From Bacillota bacterium (GTDB lineage: Bacteria; Bacillota; Clostridia; Acetivibrionales; DSM-1351), in contig JAEYNY010000115.1 of NCBI GenBank assembly GCA_023412275.1, forward strand, positions 402 through 64,401: DNA of 64,000 nt. The letters are read 5' to 3'. The notes beneath the pieces were generated by a model. That model was not told the DNA's origin, did not search any database, and saw nothing but the letters and a program-made list of their open reading frames with translations. Shown piece by piece: positions 18,751-26,729 of the stretch. How positions within the stretch are numbered: position 1 is the first letter of the stretch; every line of letters starts with the position of its first letter. Made by a program: the position numbers and the translations under genes.

Positions 18751-19980
18751 ATGAGTGGTAATGTTAACAGGGTTACAATAGTGACCAATAATATAAATTG
18801 CGAAAGGCATACACAGTATTATTCAACCATAGAAAAATACTTCATTCTCAATAACTGGAATATATGTACCGATTTTAACGTGGACAAGGTTATTATAACA
18901 GGATGTGGATTCCATGATTTTATGTATGACAAGGTTAGGAAAACGGTTGAAGCTATAAAAAACTCTGGAATAAAAGAAGAGAATATTATAATCATGGGAT
19001 GCTCTACAAAAACTCATGAACAAGATTTAGAATCAGAATTTAAGGGTAAGGTTATTGGGATTCATAAAGAGAATGAACTTGATCAGATTATAAACGCTTC
19101 AGTACCATTTAGTGATATCGATTATATAAATCTTTTTAATTTTGATAAAGTATCTCCAAACAGCCAGAAGAATGAATATTTCTTCATTAAAATTGCTGAA
19201 GGGTGTTTACAACAGTGTAATTTCTGTGTAATCAAAAAGGCGAAAGGCTACATAAAAAGTAAGGCTACTGAAGAAATAACTTCTCAATACAAGTTCGCCG
19301 TTGAGAATGGTTATAAAAAGATATTTTTAATGGGGGAAGACACATTTGCTTATGGGGTTGACTCAAACAGAACAATAATAGAGCTTATAGATGAATTATT
19401 AGAAATTGATTCAAATGTTGAGTTGTATTTTGGAAGTCTTCATTGCAGATGGCTATTAAAATACGCTGATGACTTATTAAGGCTTTGCAAGAAAGGCGTA
19501 ATAAAGACCATTCACATGGGATTGCAGCATGTTAATGATGCAGTACTTAAAAGAATGGGTAGGGTCACAGAGTTTAACGATATTTATAATGTTATATCTA
19601 AAATAAAGAAGGAATGCCCTCAAATAACTTTTTCAGCTGACATTATGGTTGGATTTCCAGGGGAATCTCAGTCAGATTTTAAGGAGCTTATTGAATTCTT
19701 TAAGAACGATACATGCTTTAGCATGATTCAGCATTTCGGGTATAGTGACATAAAAGGTGCACCGTCTACAGGCTTTGAAGGCAAAGTACCTACTGGAGTG
19801 GTTGGAATGAGATGGAATTATCTTACAGAGGTTTTGGGAAGCAGATCTGCTTATGCAAAAAATAGTGAGCCTGAATATCAATTGACCCATGAAAATAATT
19901 ATTTTATATGCAAAGATACCTTTAGGGAGCCGGGAAAGTCCATATTATATGGAACCCATGGAGGAAGGGCTGATGAGTAG
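18751..19980 (+). CDS. MiaB/RimO-like radical SAM methylthiotransferase lacking a TRAM domain
   Basis: three N-terminal UPF0004-type Cys (NC, GC, GC), IKIAEGCLQQCNFCVI, LKRMGR, DIMVGFPGES, FGYS...GAPS. Confidence 0.8.
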   Translation: MSGNVNRVTIVTNNINCERHTQYYSTIEKYFILNNWNICTDFNVDKVIITGCGFHDFMYDKVRKTVEAIKNSGIKEENIIIMGCSTKTHEQDLESEFKGKVIGIHKENELDQIINASVPFSDIDYINLFNFDKVSPNSQKNEYFFIKIAEGCLQQCNFCVIKKAKGYIKSKATEEITSQYKFAVENGYKKIFLMGEDTFAYGVDSNRTIIELIDELLEIDSNVELYFGSLHCRWLLKYADDLLRLCKKGVIKTIHMGLQHVNDAVLKRMGRVTEFNDIYNVISKIKKECPQITFSADIMVGFPGESQSDFKELIEFFKNDTCFSMIQHFGYSDIKGAPSTGFEGKVPTGVVGMRWNYLTEVLGSRSAYAKNSEPEYQLTHENNYFICKDTFREPGKSILYGTHGGRADE

Positions 19981-22900
19981 TTCAATTAGTATTAGTACAG
20001 CAAATAACCTTTATACCTTTGATTATGTAAATTGCTTTGAGAAGCCGCTTGGGCTGGTTTTAGAGCGCCAACATGACAAGTTTCAAGATCTGTTTTACAT
20101 GTATTTGAAAATGGTGCAAAGCTACAATATCAGTAAATTTGAAAATGATAATGTTTTTTATACAATGAACTTTAATAATGCTGTAAGGTGGATTATTGAG
20201 GATAAGCTGAAGTTACAGATTGATGTTCAAGATATTCAAGCTGCAGATATACATAAATACATAAAAAGCCAATTGGACTTGAGTAGACCGGTACTTGTTA
20301 CCGGAAACTTGCGAGAATTGTCTTATACAAAACATTATAAAGTAGGCGATTGGGGACACTTGTTCCTTCTGAATGGATATGATGAAGAGAAAGAACTGTA
20401 CGAGATTGTTGACGGGGAGCATAAAAAGCCTGAAGGCAATGTATTTGAGTATGGTGCTTTTAGTATGGACTATTTTATTTTAGAGCGTCTCTATAACTCA
20501 ATGAAAACTAAATATGAATTAGGTTTCGCGGGAGTTATTTACAGTAGCGGAAAAGCTTCCGATGTAAATGAAAAAGAACTGCTTTTGGATTGTCTAGATT
20601 TGTTTATAGAGGGTAGAAGTAAACAGCCTTATAAGGAAGTTGACTATGTGGATGAGGTTCTTAATAGGATAAGGAATGGCGAGGCACAAAATTCCCAGGT
20701 TAATAATTTTGATCCAACAAACATGATTGATTTTGTATTTACTCGGGGCATAAAATATAAAGAGGTTTTCTTTAAAACATTAATCAGTTTTTTAAAAAGA
20801 CATAATTGTGATGAGAAGCTTATAGAAAGTTTAGAGGAAAAGGTAGCGGTTCTTATTGGCAAATGGTCTAAAATTCTTAATATTAGCCTTATTTCGTATC
20901 ATTTGAAGAACAGTTTTAATATAAATGATAAAATCGATGAGGCAAAAGTTATTGAGGAAGAAATTGTTTCCATAACCAAACAGATTAGAAGTAAAATGGA
21001 AAATAAGGTTGTCAGGTTGGTGCAAACCAAAGCGAGAGAGCAAATAAAGAATCTGAATGAACTACCAATACCAAACAGGTCTTTAGTTAATTACGAAAAG
21101 TATAATAAATACCTTGACCAGGCAATGGTAAGACATTGTATATCACTTCAGGGAACCAGAGGATGCCCTTATAAGTGTGCATACTGTCATAAAATATGGC
21201 CCAAAAGTCATGTCTATCGTTCTGCAGAACATATTTTCAACGAATTGAAAATTTACTATGATATGGGCGTAAGAAGGTTCTCATTTATTGATGATATATT
21301 TAATCTAAATGTTGAGAATAGCTCAAAATTTTTTAAAATGGTTATTGACAATAAGCTTGATATAAACTTGTTCTTCCCAAATGGGGTAAGGGCTGACTTG
21401 CTTACCAAAGACTATATGGATTTAATGGTAGAGGCAGGCACAGTAAGTGTTGCTTTTGCTTTGGAGACAGCATCTGCCAGACTTCAAAAATTGATTGGCA
21501 AAAATCTGGACCTGGAAAAGTTTCAGGAAAATCTGGAATACATGTCATTAAAATATCCAAACGTTATTACAGAACTTTTTACTATGCATGGGTTTCCTAC
21601 CGAGACCCAGGAAGAAGCTATGATGACCTTGGAATTTATTAAAAGTATGAAATGGATTCACTTTCCGTACCTGTTTATTTTGAAAATATTTGAGAATACT
21701 GATATGGCAAAATTGGCTATAGCAAACGGTATAAGTATAGAAGATATAGAAAAATCCAAGGGACTACATTTTACTCAACTTCCTTTTACACTTCCATTTG
21801 ACAGGAGCTTTACTTTAAAATACCAGACTGATTTTTTCAATAATTATTTTATGGATAAAGAACGGCTCTTACACGTACTACCATATCAGATGAAGATTTT
21901 AACGGAGCAGGAGATAATTCAGAAATATAACAGCTATTTACCGACTGAGATTGCCAGTTTGGAAGACTTATACAAATTTGCAAAGATAGAACCTGAGCAA
22001 ATGCAAGGGGTAAGCTGCCTATGCGAATCAAAAGTTTTTGTTCCTGAAATACATAGCAAGATGAAGAAACATTTTGGTGAAAAAAAATCTGCTGAAAACG
22101 CTTTAAGGGTTCTTTTGCTTGATTTGTCACAGCATTTCAATTCTGAGAATGAACCTACAAGGCAGCATGTTGAGCCTCCTCTTGGACATATGTATTTAAT
22201 GACCTATCTGAATCAAAAGCTTGGAGAAAAAGTGAATGGCAGGATTGCGAAATCTAGGGTTGATTTTGATTCCTATGAAGAGTTGAAAGACTTATTAGAA
22301 GATTTTAAGCCCGATGTTATCGGGATAAGGACTTTATCTTACTATAAAGACTTTTTCCATGTTGCTGTGGAGGCTATAAGAAAGTTTGGTTTCAACGGTC
22401 CTATACTTACTGGGGGACCGTATGCAAGTAGCGAATATGAGTCTATATTAAAAGATAAAAATATCGATTTGGTTCTACTGGGAGAGGGCGAGCTGACTTT
22501 TTGCGAAGTTATTGAGAAAGTTATCGCAAATAACCGAAAAATTCCTAAGGAAGATGTTCTTAAAGAGATTCCGGGTATTGTTTTTAGAACTAAGGAAGAC
22601 ATGTCTTTAAGTAACACTGTGGAAAAGGTTATTTTTATTGATATGGAAGAAGGAGTTTCTGAAGAACTTGGCTCAGAAACTCCGAATAGCAAGTGCTGTG
22701 GGAGTCCCGAAGCGGTTATAAAAGGAACTCTTAACAGCGATTCTTCGGATTGTGAATTCAGACCAAATGATCAAGTGGAGTCAAGGGTGGCCGATATTTG
22801 GAAAGAATGCCTACAGGTAGAGCATTTTGATAAAAACGTAAACTTTTTCGACTTGGGTGGGAATTCCCTTACAGCTATTAAAATGATTGCTTCAATTTTA

Positions 22901-25900
22901 AAGGAATTTAATATCGAAATTTACATGGAAGAATTTTTTAATAATCTAACGCTGGAAAAGATTATTGAGTATGTGAAAAAGAACAATGAAAATAACCAGA
23001 AAAATATTTGGAAAACAATTGAGAAGGTCGAAAAAAGAGAATTTTACCCATTGTCTTCATCACAGAAGAGGATTTTTGTCATTGAACAGTTGGAAAAGGG
23101 CAGCACGGCGTACAATATCACTTTTGCTATGGAATTTGCAAATGGGATTGACCGAAAAAAGCTTGAAAATGTATTCAGAATAATCTTTTTAAGGCATGAA
23201 TCCCTAAGAACTTATTTTAGCTTTGTTGGGGACGAGGTTGTACAGATTGTCAGTGACAATACCCAATTGGATATTAAATACATGACAGCGAAAGACGAAG
23301 GGGATTATGAAGATATTACCCGGGAATTCATTAAACCTTTTGATTTGTTTAATGCACCGCTAATGAGAGTTGGTGTTGTTGGCATTATGGGCAGTCAAAA
23401 AGAATTGGTGATAATTGATATTCATCATATAATTGCGGATGGATTGTCTGTAGGAATTATTTTAAAGGAGTTTTCACTTCTCTATAGAGATAAGGCTTTA
23501 AAAGAGTTGAATTATCAATTCAAGGACTTTGCAGTTTGGCAGCAAAAGATTATTAATTCAGATGAACTAAGCACCCAGGAAGAATACTGGCTTAAGATGT
23601 TTAAAGGTGATATACCAAAGCTCAATATGCCGTTAGATTTTAAAAGGCCTGCATTGCAGAGCTTTAAGGGAGATAATGTGCTTATAAAGGCAAGTGCAGG
23701 ATTAACAGAAAAGGTTAATAAACTTGCCAAAGAAAAAGGAATGACAGTATTTAATCTTTTGTTTGCAGCATACAATATTCTTCTATATAAATATACCGGA
23801 CAGAATGATATTATTGCAGGAATACCTGTAGGAGGAAGAGGAATTGAGGAATTTCAGGACCTGGTTGGTATGTTTGTGAATACCATTCCACTAAGAAATC
23901 TTTGTAATGATGCCTTGACATTCAATGCTTTTCTTGAAAATGTTAAAAACAACACGCTTGAAGCTTTTAAAAATCAGGATTATCAGTTTGAAATGCTTGT
24001 TGAAAAGCTTGAAATTACCAGAGATATCAGCAGAAATCCACTTTTTGACACCATGTTTTCTTTTTTAGATATTAAGTTTGAGACATTGCAGTTGGATAAT
24101 TATAAAATAGAGCCTTTTGAAATCAAGAGCAAGACGTCAAGATTTGATTTACTCTTCGAAGTAAGAGAAATAAATAATGAGTTTAACTTGAATCTTGTCT
24201 ATTGCACAACCATATTTAATAGGTCAACAATAGAACGGCTCGGAAGATACTTTATAAATATTCTTGAAGAAATTGTTGAAAACCAGAATATTTGTATTAG
24301 GGACATACAAATGTTATCAGAAGCAGATAGGAAACAGTTGTTGTATGACTTTAACAATACAGATGTGGGGTATTCAGAAAATAAGACTATAAACCAGTTA
24401 TTTGAGGAAATGGCAATAAAGGCTCCTGACAAGCAGGCACTGGTTTTTTCAAAAGATTCAGGAATAAAAGTTACATTAACTTACATGGAGCTAAACGAAA
24501 AGGCTAACCGGGTGGCATGGGCGTTAAAGCAGCTTGGGGCAGGAAAAGGAAGCTACATAGGTATCCTTATGGACAGATCAATTGATATGGTGGTCGGACT
24601 TATGGGGATATTAAAGTCTGGAGCCGTGTATGTTCCTATAGAACCATACCTACCGGATGCCAGGATATTAGCAGTTCTGAATTCAGTGGATATAAGGTAT
24701 ATTATTACAGATTGCAAATCGCTAAATAGGCTGGGCAACTTGGAGGGGTTACCTCTAAAAGTGAATAATATTATTTGCTTGGATGAATTAGCTAATGATA
24801 CTTTAAATACTTTTACAAATAACATATCTGTCACTTATCGTAGTGAAATTCTAATGAATCCCGTTAAAAATTTACCTCGGCAAATAGAATCTGATGAATT
24901 GGCATACATAATTTTTACATCAGGTTCAACCGGGAATCCAAAAGGTGTTGCTGTGGCACACAAACCCGTGATAAATCTTATTGAATGGGTTAACGGTAAT
25001 TTCAATGTGGGGCATCAAGACAAAATACTGTTTATTACTTCTATAAGTTTTGATTTGTCTGTTTACGATATTTTTGGAATTTTGGCAGCAGGAGGAACAA
25101 TTTACATTGCATCTTCCAATGAACTACTGGAGCCTAAAAGAATCATTAATTTGATCATTGATGAAGGGATAACCTTTTGGGATTCTGCACCGCAAGCTCT
25201 TGGGCAGATTGTACCATATTTTGAGCAAATGGAGTCAAAAATACAAAATAGCAAGTTAAGATTGGTGTTCTTAAGCGGTGATTGGATACCTGTCAAGTTA
25301 CCTGATATTATGAAAAAATTTATAAATGACGTTAAGGTGATTGGACTTGGTGGAGCCACCGAAGCTACAGTATGGTCAAACTGTTATCTTATTGGTAAAG
25401 TGGAGGATTATTGGAGTAGTATACCTTATGGTAAGCCAATACAAAACTCAAAATACTTTATACTTGATAAGCGTATGGAACCATGTCCTATTGGTGTTCC
25501 GGGGGATTTATATATTGGAGGCAAATGCTTGGCTTCCGGATATATAAATGATTTGGAGCTTACAAAAAGCAAATTCCTTGATAGCCCATTTGATAAAGGC
25601 GAAGTAATTTATAAAACGGGTGATGTGGCAAGGTGGTTTGAAGATGGCAATATTGAGTTTTTAGGCAGAAATGACTTTCAGGTAAAGGTTAGAGGGTTTA
25701 GGGTTGAGCTTGGAGATATAGAAAGTGTACTGAAACAACATGAAATGGTTGAGGATGCAGTAGTGGAATCAGTAAAAGATAAGCAGGGTAATAACTATTT
25801 GACTGCTTACTACGTATTGAAGGAGCAGTCTGACCAAAAGCGGCAAGTTATTGCAGAGATACTAAAAGAGCATATTGCAGAGCAGCTTCCTCCCTACATG

Positions 25901-26344
25901 GTACCCTCATACATGGTAAAGCTTGACTATCTGCCACTTACGTCCAATGGGAAGCTAGATAGAAACGCCTTGCCAGATGCACGAGATGTAGTTATTGAGG
26001 ATACTGGCAAAAAAATATTGCCGAAGAATGATATTGAAATTGCTATTTCAGATATATGGAAAGATGTTCTTGGAATTGAAACATTGAGTGTCGAAGATAA
26101 TTTCTTTGATAAAGGTGGAAATTCTGTATTAATCATACAAACCAATTTAAAGCTGCAGGAGAAGTTCAAGGTAGATATTCCAGTAATGAATATGTTTAGA
26201 TATCCTACAATCAGTATGTTGCAAAAATATATTTCAGGGCTTATTAGTGGCACTGATGAAAAACAAGAAACTAAAAAGGATAATAAGCTTGGTTTTGATA
26301 AAGATTCGGTGGATAAAAAGTTGAAGTTAATGAGAAGAAAATAG
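19973..26344 (+). CDS. NRPS: BtrH-like - radical SAM - B12-binding - PCP - C - A(Cys-like) - PCP
   Basis: N-terminal NCF...GHLFLLNGYD...IVD (papain-like BtrH_N), CPYKCAYC, B12 domain PPLG...GGPYAS...GEGE, PCP FFDLGGNSL, C HHIIADG, A with SFDLSVYD/LSGDW/LGGATE/VWS, PCP FFDKGGNSV; ATG 19973 has RBS GGAGG and overlaps the upstream stop. Confidence 0.9.
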   Translation: MSSSISISTANNLYTFDYVNCFEKPLGLVLERQHDKFQDLFYMYLKMVQSYNISKFENDNVFYTMNFNNAVRWIIEDKLKLQIDVQDIQAADIHKYIKSQLDLSRPVLVTGNLRELSYTKHYKVGDWGHLFLLNGYDEEKELYEIVDGEHKKPEGNVFEYGAFSMDYFILERLYNSMKTKYELGFAGVIYSSGKASDVNEKELLLDCLDLFIEGRSKQPYKEVDYVDEVLNRIRNGEAQNSQVNNFDPTNMIDFVFTRGIKYKEVFFKTLISFLKRHNCDEKLIESLEEKVAVLIGKWSKILNISLISYHLKNSFNINDKIDEAKVIEEEIVSITKQIRSKMENKVVRLVQTKAREQIKNLNELPIPNRSLVNYEKYNKYLDQAMVRHCISLQGTRGCPYKCAYCHKIWPKSHVYRSAEHIFNELKIYYDMGVRRFSFIDDIFNLNVENSSKFFKMVIDNKLDINLFFPNGVRADLLTKDYMDLMVEAGTVSVAFALETASARLQKLIGKNLDLEKFQENLEYMSLKYPNVITELFTMHGFPTETQEEAMMTLEFIKSMKWIHFPYLFILKIFENTDMAKLAIANGISIEDIEKSKGLHFTQLPFTLPFDRSFTLKYQTDFFNNYFMDKERLLHVLPYQMKILTEQEIIQKYNSYLPTEIASLEDLYKFAKIEPEQMQGVSCLCESKVFVPEIHSKMKKHFGEKKSAENALRVLLLDLSQHFNSENEPTRQHVEPPLGHMYLMTYLNQKLGEKVNGRIAKSRVDFDSYEELKDLLEDFKPDVIGIRTLSYYKDFFHVAVEAIRKFGFNGPILTGGPYASSEYESILKDKNIDLVLLGEGELTFCEVIEKVIANNRKIPKEDVLKEIPGIVFRTKEDMSLSNTVEKVIFIDMEEGVSEELGSETPNSKCCGSPEAVIKGTLNSDSSDCEFRPNDQVESRVADIWKECLQVEHFDKNVNFFDLGGNSLTAIKMIASILKEFNIEIYMEEFFNNLTLEKIIEYVKKNNENNQKNIWKTIEKVEKREFYPLSSSQKRIFVIEQLEKGSTAYNITFAMEFANGIDRKKLENVFRIIFLRHESLRTYFSFVGDEVVQIVSDNTQLDIKYMTAKDEGDYEDITREFIKPFDLFNAPLMRVGVVGIMGSQKELVIIDIHHIIADGLSVGIILKEFSLLYRDKALKELNYQFKDFAVWQQKIINSDELSTQEEYWLKMFKGDIPKLNMPLDFKRPALQSFKGDNVLIKASAGLTEKVNKLAKEKGMTVFNLLFAAYNILLYKYTGQNDIIAGIPVGGRGIEEFQDLVGMFVNTIPLRNLCNDALTFNAFLENVKNNTLEAFKNQDYQFEMLVEKLEITRDISRNPLFDTMFSFLDIKFETLQLDNYKIEPFEIKSKTSRFDLLFEVREINNEFNLNLVYCTTIFNRSTIERLGRYFINILEEIVENQNICIRDIQMLSEADRKQLLYDFNNTDVGYSENKTINQLFEEMAIKAPDKQALVFSKDSGIKVTLTYMELNEKANRVAWALKQLGAGKGSYIGILMDRSIDMVVGLMGILKSGAVYVPIEPYLPDARILAVLNSVDIRYIITDCKSLNRLGNLEGLPLKVNNIICLDELANDTLNTFTNNISVTYRSEILMNPVKNLPRQIESDELAYIIFTSGSTGNPKGVAVAHKPVINLIEWVNGNFNVGHQDKILFITSISFDLSVYDIFGILAAGGTIYIASSNELLEPKRIINLIIDEGITFWDSAPQALGQIVPYFEQMESKIQNSKLRLVFLSGDWIPVKLPDIMKKFINDVKVIGLGGATEATVWSNCYLIGKVEDYWSSIPYGKPIQNSKYFILDKRMEPCPIGVPGDLYIGGKCLASGYINDLELTKSKFLDSPFDKGEVIYKTGDVARWFEDGNIEFLGRNDFQVKVRGFRVELGDIESVLKQHEMVEDAVVESVKDKQGNNYLTAYYVLKEQSDQKRQVIAEILKEHIAEQLPPYMVPSYMVKLDYLPLTSNGKLDRNALPDARDVVIEDTGKKILPKNDIEIAISDIWKDVLGIETLSVEDNFFDKGGNSVLIIQTNLKLQEKFKVDIPVMNMFRYPTISMLQKYISGLISGTDEKQETKKDNKLGFDKDSVDKKLKLMRRK

Positions 26345-26380
26345 TTTTTCTCAAGTATAGTAAATGATAGGGGGCTTTAT

Positions 26381-26707
26381 ATGAATATGAATAAAGATAT
26401 CTTGGTTGACTTTGAAAATATTCAATGGGAGAATCCAGAGCCAGGAGTGCGTTACAAGGCTTTTGTAAGAGGTAATCAAAGATTGCGATTATTGGATTTC
26501 TTAGAAGGATTTGAAGAGAAAGAATGGTGTATAAAGGGACATGCGGCATATGTGATTGATGGGGAATTTTCCCTATATTTTAAAGAAGGTGTAAGCCGGT
26601 TAAAAGCTGGAGATATCGCTTTTATACCTGCGGGTGAAGAGTATGGTCATAAAGCAATTTTGGGGAAAGGTGAAAATGTCAGGTTGCTTTTATTTGAAAT
26701 AATATAA
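26381..26707 (+). CDS. small cupin-fold protein
   Basis: WCIKGHAAYVIDGEF...LKAGDIAFIPAGEEYGHKA. Confidence 0.8.
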   Translation: MNMNKDILVDFENIQWENPEPGVRYKAFVRGNQRLRLLDFLEGFEEKEWCIKGHAAYVIDGEFSLYFKEGVSRLKAGDIAFIPAGEEYGHKAILGKGENVRLLLFEII

Positions 26708-26729
26708 ATGAAGCATGAGGTTATGTAAA

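Noticed and set aside
19889..19972. 28-aa N-terminal extension of NRPS2 given by the ORF track
   Set aside because: Overlaps the methylthiotransferase gene; ATG 19973 has a well-spaced GGAGG
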